Source: Cyanophora paradoxa CCMP329 (lineage: Eukaryota; Plantae; Glaucophyta). From it: a stretch of 64,000 nt of DNA. Each line of letters opens with the position of its first letter. The stretch's first letter is position 1. Shown in pieces: positions 10,901-23,583 of the stretch. Where the stretch lies: the NCBI GenBank assembly GCA_004431415.1, contig QPMI01000535.1, positions 372,001 to 436,000 on the forward strand, written 5' to 3'. Below the pieces are notes generated by a model. It did no database searches. It saw nothing but the letters and a program-made list of their open reading frames with translations, and was not told the origin of the DNA. A program made the translations under genes and the position numbers.

Positions 10901-13900
10901 TTTAACCGGCCTCTCTTAGTTCGTTTGGGCTGCTAATTACAATTCGATGTAACGCTTCTTTTCTGGCGCCGGCGATTTATGAATGGTCATCAGCTATATA
11001 GATGCGTTATCCTGGTCACAAATTTATAGACGCCCATGACGAGTTCGGCGCCTCCAGATCCGTGGCCGTAGAACGTGAACGCTTCCGAACAAGCGCAAGT
11101 CACGCGTGCGCACCGGTGAGATCGCGACTGCATGGACGTCGTCTATATGGCCCGCAAGCACCCGCAGCTCTGCCCCGCTGTCCAGGTCCCACACGCGAAC
11201 CGTCTTGTCCTCGCTGCCCGACACGGCGCGCGTTCCGTCCTGCAGCCAACTCATTAACAGAGTCACCCGAGCCAAATTAAACACTCGATTTATGGGAGGC
11301 CTAGGAGATATGAGATCTTTTCCCTTTTCCATTCAACGTTTCGCCCCCGAATGACTAAGCATGCGCACCGATGAGATCGCAACCGACCAGACGTCGCCAT
11401 CATGACCCTCCAGCCTGCGCATCTCCGCCCCGCTCTCCAGGTCCCACACCCGCAGCGTCTTGTCGTCGGCGCCCGACACGGCGCGCTTCCCGTCCTGCGT
11501 GGCGAGCAGCGCCAGTCAGGACGGATCGAAACACCCTTAAATTTTCGTGAATTGTGGCTTGCACCGCACCGGCGTCACAGCGACGGCGTTCACGGACTTG
11601 GTGTGTCCGTGGAACGCCGGGTGGAGCGTGACGCTGCAGCCAGTGAGGACAGAGCCGCGGAGGTCCGCCCCGCAGAGGTTCGCTTCGAGAAGGGTAGAGC
11701 CGGTGAGGTCCGCCCCGCGCAGGTCCGCCCCCGCCGCTTCCATCCGCTGCAGGTCGGCTCCCGGCACTCGAATGCCCCACAGCTGGCTGCCCGCGAAGCT
11801 GAAGCCAGCTGCGAAAAACCATGAACGTGATCAGCAGTAAAACTAAAAGCTAAATCAGAGCCGATCGCACCGCGATTGAGGATCGTGATGGCGTTCGCCG
11901 AAGCAGTGATGTCCCCCGGCGTCGCGTCCGCGCGACGGCTCTTCTTTATTAAGCGCAAAAGTTCCTGTTGCCATAAAAATGCATATGGGAGGGTAAGTGA
12001 TGATCATAAATGTTCCCCAAAGCATGATAATTTCTCGCTTGCGCACGTTGCGGTAGTTGACATCGGCGGTGCAATGGTCAGCGAGGAACTGAACGATCTT
12101 GGGCTCCTTTGTCAGCAATCTGATCGCGAGCCGCGCCAGCCGGTCAGAACACGCAGCGCGGGATTCGGAACAATAAAAAGCCCCGCGCAAGAACTCGCAC
12201 CGCAAGTGCAGAAGGCTCGGCTCCGCTCGCATGCTGGCTGCTCCGCTCGCGCCGATGCTTTGCACTAGATAGACGCTCTGCAACCTTGCGCGCGGCCGTG
12301 ACCTAGCCTCTCTCTCAATCGCCTGAGACAGACGATGGTCAAAAACTTGTAGGACAGGCGCAATTTACATGCAAAAAAGGATGAAGCACCGAGCGAAACG
12401 CGTCAGAACCATCCGCGTACGCGCCCTCCGCGACGAAATACTCGAGGAGAGTCTGTCGCTGGCTGTCAGACCGACAAGCTACAATTTTCAAGGCCTCGAA
12501 TCAATATTCGAAGGCGGACCTTGTGGAGGAAGCGAGCGGCGGTGCCGCCGTCGACGTCCCGCGCCTTCGACACGCGCATCGGGCAGTTCTCGCGGCAGAA
12601 GACGCGGACGGGGTCCGTCGCGTCGGAGAGGAGCTTGACGCAGCGCTCCAGGTCCGCGCTCGACGGGCTCCGCTGCGCGGTCGCGGTCGCGGGCGCGGCC
12701 GAGGACGGAGCGGCATCCGGGCCTGTCGCCGTCGCCGTCGCCTCGAGACCGATCGACATCGGGATGTACTTGGCGCTCTTGGGCTTCTTCTGCGGGCAGA
12801 GAACTTCCGAGACATTCGCCTGCGCGCGATCGCGAGTAATCATTAAATTGCAATTCAAACAGCGCCGGCTTCATTATCGTTATATCATTGCAGATCCGGT
12901 CGTACTTTGAACATGGAAGTGGCGAGGTCCTTGCAGAACTCGAGGCAGTAATCTTGGAAATCATCCACCTCCCAGTCTCTCAGAAGTCCTGATCGATCGT
13001 GCGAGCACTTTAGCTTTAAGACCAGAGACCGACCGCGGTATTAAGACGTCTCCACACCGTTTTCCTTGGCCGCCGCCGTCGTGGACTTGTTCCATTGCTG
13101 CCTAAACCAACGCTGCGCACGCGCATGGACATTAATCCACACGCAAATATAATGTTCCAAAGCGAGAACATATTCATCGTCGTGTATAGCAGACCTCGAC
13201 GAATTTCTGGTAGAGTTCGCGGATGGTCAAGAAGTACTTGGAGGCGACCTTGACGCTCCCGCCCCGCGTGCGGAAGAGCTCCTCCTGGCTGCATCGGGAT
13301 CGCAGTGCCGGTAAGCCTATGTGAACTGCGGCGAGCGAGCATAGGCACGCGCATGAACATGTATAGCACACCGGCTCTTCAAGATTCTTGGCAGTGATTC
13401 CACCACCATGCTGCGCGTCGAGGCGGTTGCAATTGTTTCTTAGCGAGAAGATTCCCCCACGCGAACTGAGAACCAGCGGGAAGATACCTGAGCGTGAAGG
13501 GGTTCTCGATGAGCGCCGCGGTGCCGGGGACCTGCGCAATGCGAGCCACGTACTCCTCCACGGTCCACGTGCAGTCCGGGTCTCGCTTCCCCTCCGGCGC
13601 GCCGGGCCCGCGGGCGCGAATGTACTGGCCGATGTAGTCCTCGACCTGCCGCCCGACCGCGAACGCTCAGCGTCGGCGGGCGCGATCCAGAATCGCTTAA
13701 GCCGACGGAGGCGGCCTCGGGTACCTGCCCCGCATCGAATGGGTGCGTGCAGACCTCCTCCAGCGGCTCGCCCGCCGCCGCAAATAGCGACTGCAGCAAG
13801 GATCGGGTATAACACGGCGCAAACGTTGGATATATACGAGCGCAGCGCACGGGATAGTCGGACTGGGCGGCGAGGTACGCCGAGCGGCAGGTGACGACGG

Positions 13901-16900
13901 CCGCAGAAGCCCACTTGCCGAGCTCGTTGCCGCCGCCGCCGGCCGTCCAGAGGGCGGGCGGGCGGCCGCCCCCGCACTCCAGCTCGTCGTACGCGTCCAG
14001 CAGCAGCACCAGCCCGCGGCTGCGCAAGCAAACTGTGAGGGGCGGCAGAGGCCAGGGCGGGCAGGCGGTCGGGGCCGGCGGTGCCTCTCGCGCAGGGCCG
14101 GCAAGTCGGCCTCGGGCAGGCCGAGAGCGCGGGCCGCCTCCGCCCGCAGCCCGCCCGCCGCCCGCTCCCTGGAGAGGTTCGAGAGGCGCAGCAGGCACGT
14201 GACGGGCAGGCCGCCCTCGCCGGCGGGCGGCCGGCCGCGCGCCTCGGCCCACTGCGCGCAGGCGGCGCGGTGGAGGTGCGCGAGGAAGGTCGACTTGCTG
14301 GAGCCGGGCTCCCCGCGATGAGCACCACGCGGCCGGCGCCGGCGGCGGCGCCGCTGGCGGGGACGGCGGGGGCGGTGCCCCGGGCGGGGAGGCGGCGGCG
14401 CAGGAAAGCGGCGACGTGGCCGAAGAGGTCGACGACGACGCGGCGCGCGACGTCCGCCGTCGCCTTGGGCGGGACGTACAGCGCCAGGGCCTGCGCGGCG
14501 TCCTCGTCCCCCAGCTCCCCCCGCGCGTACTGCGCAGTTGCAAGAGCCGGCGTCAGGATCGGCTCACGATCGTTGGAGGGGCGGGGAGCGCGCTTTTAGG
14601 ACGGCTTCGCAAAGGGACCGGTCCGGGGCGTCTCGCGCGAGGCGAGCGATCGTGTCGCGAACGAGCGCCGAGGATCCGCGAGGTGCCCCGGCCGCACCGA
14701 GCGCCTTCGGGAAGCGCGGAACGGGTACAGCGTTCTCCTGTCAGGCGGTCACGATCATAATCAGGGGCAGGGCGGGAGGAACGGAGGCGGGGCGTCGATA
14801 TCGCACCGCGGACGGCACGCCCAGGAACTTGCACGCAGCGGCGTCGGATGCCCTCTGCGCGGCGCCGCCGGTCGCCCACATGCGCTGCAGCGCCGCCACG
14901 GCCGCCGCCGCCGCCGCCGCGTTTCCGCAGCCGTTCAGCGCCGCCAGGTTGGCGAGGGCGCTCGCGACGACGCCGAGGACGTCCGCCTTCCCTGCCGCCG
15001 CGGCCGCCTCCGCGAGGCGCTCCATCCACTCGACGGCCCCCGCGCCAGCGCCCCGCGGCCTTCGCCGCCGTCGGCCTCGGCGACCTGCGCACAGAGCGCC
15101 GGCGCCGATCGGCGGACGCTCTCGAGCCGCGAGGCGCGCCGGGCCGCGCGCACCGAAAAGAGGGCGGCGCAGAGGGCGGCTGCGGCCTTCGGGTGGCCGG
15201 CGGCGTCGGCGAGGGCGCCCGCCTCGAGCTCCGCCTCGAGCTCCGCGAGGTGGCCGCCCTCCGCCAGCGCCGCCAGCAGCCGGGCCACCCGGTACCTGCC
15301 GCCCCGCGTCGGTGATCATGAGCCCCGCCGGCCGGGGCTTCAGCGGAGGCGGCGGCGCAAGCTAGAGGGCGCGGGACGGCACCAGCACTTCTTCTTCTGC
15401 GGGCCGCCGACGCCGAGGATGAGCCTGAAGTCGGCCCAGAATTCCCGCAGGTCGTCCACCAACTCGCCCCCGTCGAGCACCTCCTGCGCTTCGGTCGACC
15501 GAAGGCGAGGCGCGGGGAGGGCCGGGCGAGGACGGCGCGGCACCTTCGCTTTGACGGCGAGGTCGATGGCGGTCGTGACGCCGAAGCTCGAGACGCCCTC
15601 CAGGACCACCTTCCCCGCCCGGTACAGCTTGTGCACCACCCGCCCTGCCCGCGGCCGGCCGGCCCGTGAGTGCGCGCGGGACGCCGGACAAGACGCACAG
15701 ACTCACCGAAAGCCTTCGCGCGGCCGAGGGCGTCCTGCAGCGGGTCGTAGTCCGAGCGGGCGGCGGCGAGGGCCTGCCGCGCGAAGCTCGCCGCCGCCTC
15801 CGCCCGCCACCAGCCGCAGCGCTCGAATCCCTTCAGCAGCGCGTCGAGCTCCCGCACCGTCCCTTCGTAATCCACCGCAGGCGCTGCGAATCGCGCGACG
15901 TCGACGGGCCGCTGTGCGCGCGGGCAGGGCGGCGGGGCACCGTCGGAGTCGAAGCCGGCGCCGTCGCCGCGGGCCTCGACGGCAGCGAGGACGGCCGGCA
16001 CGAGCCGCAGGTAGGACAGCGCGTCCACATCCCCCGGCGAGGCCGCCGTGACGCCCTTCAGCTGCGACCGCGGGCCGCCGCGCGCGTCACGCGGCGGGGC
16101 GGGGCGGGCGGGGAGGGGCGGGGCGGGCGGGGCGGGGCGGGCGGGGCGGGGCGGGGCGGGGCGGGGCGGGGCGGGCGGATCCGGATCCGCACCTGCTCGA
16201 TGCAGAACTCGACGAGGCGGGCGCGGTCGGTGGAGGTGAGCGTGCCCCGCGGCAGCCGCCCGAGCACGTCCGCCAGCGCCCCGACGCGCGCCGGCGGCAC
16301 CCGCGCCAGCACCGTGCTCCTCCCGAGCGACAGCAGGACATCCAGGAGCTGCGAACAGGCCGCGCCGCGGCGTCAGTGGCGGGCCAGAGACTTCGCGCCG
16401 GCGAGCAGGGGCGGGGCGGGCGCAACGCTGCGGGAGAGCTCGGCGTCGCCCGAGAGGACGACCGCGCAGACGTCGGCGAGCGCCGCCGGCGAGTCCAGCG
16501 TCTGCTCCGCGAAGACCTCGACCGCTGCGCGCGTTCGCGTGATCACGAGGGCGCCCGCTTGAGCTTGAGGAGAGGCCCGGGCGGACAAGCGCGCGCAAGC
16601 GCATATGCATGCGCACCAGCGCGGCACGCTTCCTTCGTCGCCTCCAGCGCCTTCGTAACGTCCCCACCGTACTGCCTCCGCACCAAGGGAAGCTCCAGAG
16701 CGAGCCGCAGGGGCGCGTCGACGTCGGGCCCGCTGCCCGCCCGGCCGCGGGCGGCAGCCGCTGACGCCTCCCGGAGGAGCCCGCAGAGGCCCGCGAGCTG
16801 CGCGACCGACGAGGCGTCCTCCAGCGCATTCAGCTTCTTCAGCTCGTCCGCCCCGCACACCCACGCGAGCCCCGCACGCCCACGCGCGGCCGAATGGGCC

Positions 16901-17352
16901 CCGAACGGCGACTTCTTAGGAGCTGCGCGAGCCGCGGGTGCTTGCGCTGGAGCCGCTGCATGCGCAGCTGAGGCCAATATGCCGCTGGGCTTGGCGTTTG
17001 CAGCTACAGCCGATGATCCGTTGCTGGCCGCGATTGGCGCGACTGAAGCTGCGCATACAGCGCTGCAGCTGACGGCCGCGGCGGCTCCGCTCGGCGTCTG
17101 AGGCCCGAGCGGAGACCCCGCGCGCGCTTGCGCATCATCTGTTGGGCTCTTCTTAGCGCTGTCGGCTGCTGGGGCAGCGTTGGTCGTCTGCAGCTGAGCC
17201 TGTCGGACGCCCGCCGCTGGAGGACTCGCGGGCATCGCGGGGCCTGCGGGTATCTGCTCCTTCTGCTTCTCCTTCTTCTGCTTCTTCTCTTTCTTGCGAA
17301 CAGGCGCGGCAGCTCGCGCTTTGGCTGCCGAAGACGAGACACAGCAGCCCAT
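7977..17352 (-). CDS. NLR-like STAND protein: acylation-type N-terminus, helical domain, NACHT NTPase, pentapeptide repeats, ~14 WD40 repeats (multi-exon; 1-nt frameshift at Walker A)
   Basis: MGCCVSS start; LYVPP pre-NACHT motif; VVLIAG(E)PGSSKSTF, which needs +1 nt at 14311-14314; LVLLLDAYDEL Walker B; VVTCR; FLHK/TLLEYFVAE; ADLRGADLTG repeats at ~11650-11770; repeated DGKRAxSGSxDKTLRxWDLESGAEL...GH exons from 11494 to 7977. The 3' end is tentative. Confidence 0.85.
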
Positions 17353-17862
17353 CGCGTCCGAGCGCTCCAGCTTCGGCAGCTCCAGCTTCGGTTGCTGCTG
17401 ATTCCGATGCGCAGCTGCGCTCCAGCGGCGTCGTACGCGTGCCCGCTAGTGCTCGCATGGCTGCTGCTCCGAATCGAATCGGCGCTTGTTGCACTGTACC
17501 CGGGCTGCGCGGCATCGGAAATCAGAGAGCCGGCCGCCGCATGAGTTCTTCGAGAGATCGAGAACGCTGCGATCGAGATTCGAGACTCTAAAGCGCGCGC
17601 GCGGCCCGAATTAATATTCGAAACGCGTATGCTTGCAAGGGCAAGTTAAATTACTTCCGCCAAACTACTAGTACTAGTCCGAGCGCTTTTCTCAAGCAAA
17701 GTCAGCGGAATTGCAAACGAGAATCATTGAATCGCAATACTTACAGGCTTGCATGCTTAAGGCTTAGAGGCTTACATGCTTAAGTTAGGTTATGCGGCGA
17801 ATGCTGAAGACATTAATTAAAGCTACTTAAACTTGAATGCAGCCAGGGGGACGACGGGCCGG

Positions 17863-18205
17863 TCAGCGGGCGACGACGGCGGTGGACAAGCCCGTTGGGA
17901 CGCGCCCCGGAGGGAGGACGTAGGTGGCCAGCAGGTCCGGGGGTTCGGGGTACGAGGAAGAGGGGCCGGGGGCCGGGGCGGGGGCGGGGGCGGGCGCCAC
18001 CGCGGCCCCGGGGTCCGCCCTCCCCCCGCCGTCCTCGTGGATGGCGGCCAGCGCGGGGGCGAGGGGCGTGGGCCGGCCGGCGCAGGCAGAGGAGGCGTGG
18101 GAGAGCGTTCGCCCGAGGCCCCGGTGGGGCCGCGGCGGCCGCCCCGCGAAGAGCACCTCGCGGACCGCCGCCGCGGATTCGAACCTGCGGCCGCCGCGGG
18201 TTGGG

Positions 18206-18241
<36 letters not shown>

Positions 18242-21200
18242 TAAGGAGGGGGGTAGAGTCGAACCGCTGCGCGGGGTCCCTCCGCAGCATGCGGGAGAGG
18301 ACTGAGGCGAGGTGGGAGGAGATCGGGAGGCGCGCGGCTGCGCGGGCGCCCGTCAGGAGGGGCGCGGCGGGGTGGGGCGGCGCGGCGGGCGGGGCGGACG
18401 GGGCGTCCAGTCGCAGAAGTACTCGTACGTGGGTCGCGCCCGCGTCAGCAGCTCCACGCACGTCGCCGCCAGGCTGCCCCCAGGTCGGCGGCGCCCCGCG
18501 GGGACGGGAGAGAGGGGGGCTAGGGGCACCTGTAGAGGTCCGAGGAGGGCGTGGGGTACCCCCGCCGCTGCTCGGGGTCGCTGTAGGCGTAGGTGCCGAT
18601 CTGGGGGCGGCGGGTGAGGGGCGGGGGCGGGGGCGGGGCGGGGCGGGCCGCGCCATGGTGGCCTGCTCCCAGTCGGGCCGCGAGGTCGTCGAGAGGCCGA
18701 AGTCGACAAGGTAGTAGTCCCCTGCGGCCGCCGTCAGGAGCGGCGGCGGCGGCGGCGGACGGGCGGGGGGGCGGGGCACCGTCGTCGCCGGCGATGATGT
18801 TCGATGGCTTGACGTCCCTGCGGCGCCCTCAGCGCCGCCCCGCGCCCCGCCAGGGCGAGCGCGACGCGGGGGGCGGCACCTGTGCAGGATCCGCTGCGCG
18901 TGCACGTACGAGAGCGCGTCCGTCATGTCGTCCAGCAGCCGCAGAATCTTAGGGCAGGGCCGCGCGGCACCGTCAGCCACCGGACAAGGGTACAACGACA
19001 GACTGTGCGGAAAGGGGGGTACCTCGGACTCGTGGAAGGGTCCCGATCGGTCCTTCATGATCCGCTGCAGGTCGCGCCCGGGTACAAAGTTCATCACGTT
19101 GTACAGGTCCCCCTGGGAGGTCGAATCAAGAGGGGTACGGTGACGAGAGGGGGTACGGCCTTGCCTGCCACCGGAACGAGCCGAGGAGCTTCGGCACGCA
19201 GGGGTGGTCGAGGTTCTCCAGGACGCGGCCCTGGGACGGGGTACCGCGTCAGCCTCTCGGGGGTACCGGCACCGGGGAGGGGTACACCTCCTCGAGGAAG
19301 AGCTCCGCGGCCTTCTCGATGTGCTCCTCGTTGCCGTTCTTCTCGAAGAACGTGAACTGCGGGGGTACGGCGATGAGGGCGGGGTGCGACGAGCTCGGGA
19401 GGATAGAAGCACCTTTTTGACGACGCATTGCTTGCGGGACGGTGAGTGGAGATCGATGGAGACCTGAGCCCTCGAGTTGGCGGCGGCGCGACGGGACGGG
19501 CGGCGCGGGGGGCGGCGGGGCGCACGAAAGCGGTGCCGAACTCGCCGCCGCCGACCCGCGACACGGGCCAGAAGCGCCTGTTGATCGCCTGCAGTTCGCG
19601 GTGCGTGAGTAGGGGATGCAAGATAACGGCGGCAGCAGGGATGCTCGCCAGCGGGGCGCGGCAGAGGGGGCACGTCGCGTCGATCGCGTCGGCCTCGGTG
19701 GCGCAGCCGCCGCCGCGCTGGTTGCAGCGCATGCAGATCGACCTGCGCGGCCGCCTCCCCTCAGAGCTTCGCTTCGGGATCGCTTAGAGGCGGGACGCAC
19801 GTCTCGGCGAGGGGCCCCGCGCTGGGCGCCGACGCCAGGTTCGACGCCATGCGCGGCACCGACGCGTACAGCGAGCTGCGCGCCCCCCTCAGCTCAACTC
19901 CGATGCGCATGTAAGATCGAGGGGAGGGGTCGGGCGTACTTGGCGTGGGGGAGGCTGCCGGGCGTCGTCGTCGGGCTGCTCGCCTTGATGGCCGTCGACG
20001 AGGGCGGCTGCGCGGGGGCGGGCCGATCAGGGAGGGGCGGCAGGCCGCCGGCGCGCCTCCTCCGTGTCGGATTGCACCCTGAGGCCGCTGGGGGCGGAGG
20101 CGAGGCCGCTGGGGGCGGAGGCGAGGCCGCTGGAGAGGCCGACCTCCGAGTCTGTGGGCGCCAGCGCTGCGGGGCGGCCGTCCCGGCTTCAGGAGGCGGG
20201 GCGGGGCGGGGTGGGGCGGGGCGGGGCGCGTCGGCCCTCCCAGTCTAGCCGCAGGCCGGAGGAGGAGCGACGGCACGCACCGGAGGAGCTGACGCGGCGC
20301 CTCTCTGCGCCCCTGCGGTGCGCGCCGACGACCTTCCACGCCACAATGGCCGCCGCCAGCACTGCGCAGCCTGAGCGGGGGCGCGGGACAGGTGGCGGGG
20401 AAAGGGGTACAGCGCACCCGCGATCGCGACGCCGCCCGTGACGACGCACGCGACGATGACGACCATCTGCGGGAAGCGGGGTGCGCGTTGAGCTTCTCGG
20501 GGGATGGGAAGGTGTCCGGGTACGCGCGCACCGTCGAGTCCGAGGCGGGCGGCGCCGGGGCAGCGGGCGTGGTGTTGCTTGTCGGTGCGCCCCCCGCGGC
20601 CCCGGTGCTCGTGCCTCCCGCCGTCGAGGCGCCCCCCGTGGACCCGGCAGCCGTGGTACCCCCCGTGGTTCCGGTGCTCGCGGTGCCCCCTGCAGAGGTA
20701 CCGGAGTTCGACGTAGATGTACCCCCCTGCGGCCGCTCAGGGCGCCGCGGAGCTCCAAGGCGAACCGAGGGGGCGGCCGCACCGCAGCGGAGGCGGAGGA
20801 GGCGCCGGCGACGGTCTCAACGTTGGCGGGGTCGAGGAGCGTCAGTGAGCTCGCGGAGCTGAGGAGGACCGAGTTCGCGTTGGTCCCTGCACCCGCGTGA
20901 CGTCAGCCGCCGCGGCTCCGGCGCTCGAGGCGCGCGAGGCTTGGGGCGGGGTACCGCTCTGTCCGAACACGACGGCATCGGCGCTGATGGGGGGGGTCCC
21001 GCGCCGAAGGTACTGGACAAGGCTCTGGGTACAGGGCAGCCTGGTGCAGTCGTTCGCTGCGCCGGCGTCGGCGGGGGCGAGGCGGGGGGCGCCGGGGAGG
21101 GGGGGGGGGAGGGGGGGGGGGGGGCTCCACGCACGGGTGTTGACTATGTTCACGACGGGTCCGACGGTGAAGCTGACCCCCGGTTCGCTGGGTTGGAACC

Positions 21201-21782
21201 GGTACTGCCCCACCTGCGCCGGCGCGGGTCGAACGGAGAGGCGCTCGAGCGAAAACTGATAGCGCCCGGCGGCCTGCGGGGCGCCCGCTCTGCCGGCACG
21301 CACCGCCAGATCTTGGAGCTGGACGGTCAAGTGGCCCCGCTTGTGCTGGACCCCCGAGATCGTGCGGAAGCAGAAGCGGCTGAGCGTCGCGTCACCCCGG
21401 ACCTTCCCGTCGCTGCTCGCCCCGAGGTAGCACTGCGCGGGGCGGGGCGCCGGGCGACGGGCGCCGGGTCGGCAACGGCGGGGCTCGGGGCGTGCGAGGC
21501 GGCCCGCGGCGGGCAGACGGGGCGCACCGGGTAGATGGAGAATCTCTCCGGGAGGCCGCCCGACGCGTCCCACGTCAGGTTCAGGAGCACGACATCGTTG
21601 CCGGGAATCACTCGCGTGACTGTGACGTCCGTGCCCGCCGCCGCCTCCGGGAGCAGCGCGAGCAGCACCGCCGCCGCGACAAGAGCGACGGCCGCTAATC
21701 GCTGTCCGTGCGCCCAGCCGCCGGCCGCGCGACCGTGTGGGGCCGGGGCCGGGGCCGGCGGCCGCGGCGCAATAGCTGTCAT
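17863..21782 (-). CDS. Receptor-like Ser/Thr kinase: signal peptide, ectodomain, T/G-rich stalk, TM helix, Pro-rich linker, C4 zinc motif, Pkn2-like kinase
   Basis: Hydrophobic signal LAAVALVAAAVLLALLPEAAA; TM MVVIVACVVTGGVAIAG/AVLAAAIVAW; CMRC...CPLC; GGGEFG, CVVKK, H/RDVKPSNII, DFGL, GTYAYSDPEQ, SDLY, RFES. Splice phases across 19940-19740 are compatible with a single gene. Confidence 0.75.
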
Positions 21783-22235
21783 CCAACGGCCGGCGGAGAG
21801 ACGAGGAAGCTCAAGAAGAATTGCCTTTCATTAAATGTCTCTCTCTTGCTGGCCTCTCGAGCTACGGGGTGAGGCGGCCAGGCCACGAGCCGCTGAGTGT
21901 CGACGTCAAGGCAGGCTTCTAAAGCGAGGGAGGCGGGCGAGGGCCGGGCGAGGGCTGCTGCAGCACGCCTGACTCACAAGCTGGCAAGTGGCAAGCACGA
22001 CGCCCCTGCGACTTGGCTGCCAGTCGATGCCGACGAAAGGCCCGCGGACAGCTAGCGCGGCGTTCGACGAACTACAACTCTGAATCTACAGCTCAGAATC
22101 TACAACTGTGCTCGAACTGAGCACCACCCGGGGAAGGGCGAACACGGTTGCAGGCTGATCCAGTGCAGCTGTACCCGGGATCGTCGATTCCCGGACTCCG
22201 AATCCACCAGCGGGCTTCCGCCCCCCCGAAGCGAG

Positions 22236-23583
22236 ATGGCTTTCGTAGCGGCTGCACCGCTCAACGTCGCTGGCGCTCGCGTACGTGGCCCGAGCCTCAG
22301 CCTTCCCCCGCGCACCCTGCTGGCCCGGCGGACTGCACGATCGGGTGAGAGCTCTCTATCGTAGTAGTATCTACACGACTGGCGCCGCCGGCGTCCGCAC
22401 GTGACGCGCTGACGAATTCGGCGCGTGCTGCGATCGATATCTGCAGGCCCCGCCGACGCCGGCGCGGCCGAGCGTGTTCACTTCACCATTCAAGGGTCCG
22501 CCGCGGAGAGCGAGCGTCTGCGGCCGTCCGCAGGCGCCGCCTCTCGTGTCGCGCTGGGCTTGGCCGCGGGCTTTGTGGCCGCCGCTCTGGCGTCCGCGCC
22601 CGTCGCTGTGGAGGCAAAGGCCATCTACGGTGCGAGTGCCCTCGCGAGTCGCCCGGTCGCGGACGCCGCTTGCCGCGCAGGCCTGCCCGCCCTCCGCGCG
22701 GCCCTTCTAACCGGTACCTTCGCCCCGCGCCCCGCGCGCAGACCACGTGGACATCCTTGAGTTTGATTTCTCGAACAACAAGGAGAACCTCGTAGGGGGC
22801 GTCTTCGACAAGTGTGACGCCTCCGTGCGCCCCGCCCGCCGCTCGAAGCCCGGCGGCCGCCCGGCAGCGCCGGGCCTGACTCGCGCGCGTGGGCGCGCAG
22901 GGCGCGAACTTCAGCCACACGGACATGTCCAACGCGACTGTCTCCTACGCCTCCTTTATTGACGCGAACTTCGAGGGGACGAACCTCACGAACGTGCGCC
23001 GCGCCGCGCCGCCGCCGGCCGGCGGGGGCACCCCCCCCCTCCCGCGAATTTGATCCCCGGGGTACGGGTCGGACGCACAGATTCTGGGGGACCGGAGCAA
23101 GTGGGAGGGGGCCAACCTCAAGAACGCCGTCTTCGCCAACGCGCTCATGACCGGTGCGCGGCGCCCGCCCCGCGGGGCTCCGAGGCTTTCCGGCCCCGCC
23201 CCGCCCCGCCCCGCCCCGCCCGCCCCGCGGAGCCCTCGGTCCCGGCCCGACGGCCCCGCGCGCCCCCGCAGGCGTCGACTTTGCTGAGGTCGCTTCGATC
23301 GAGGGTGGGTGCCCCGCGCCCGCCGCTCGCCGCCGCTCGCCGCCTCAGGAGTCTCACGGGCGCCTCGCGGCCAGGCGCCGACTTCACGGGGGCCATGCTC
23401 GACCAGTACCAGTACCAGGCCCGGCCCCCGCCCCGCCCCCAGGCCCCGCCCCCGGAGGCCTAGGCCGCCCGAAGCCTCGAGACTGAGCTTCGTGGGCGGC
23501 AGGTCCTCTGCGACCTGCCCTCCGCCAAGGGCGTGAACCCGACGACGGGCGAGGAGACGCGCGCCAGCCTCGGCTGCGAGTGA
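22236..23583 (+). CDS. Plastid thylakoid-lumen pentapeptide-repeat protein (TL17/TL20.3-like)
   Basis: MAFVAAAPLNVAGAR transit start; hydrophobic lumen signal ending AVEA; repeats ANFSHTDMSNA, ANFEGTNLTN, ANLKNAVFANA, ADFTGAML; C-terminal LCDLPSAKGVNPTTGEETRASLGCE typical of this family. Confidence 0.9.

Noticed and set aside
19650-19740. RING finger
   Set aside because: Only two CxxC pairs plus one extra Cys; this fits a C4 zinc motif, not an 8-ligand RING.
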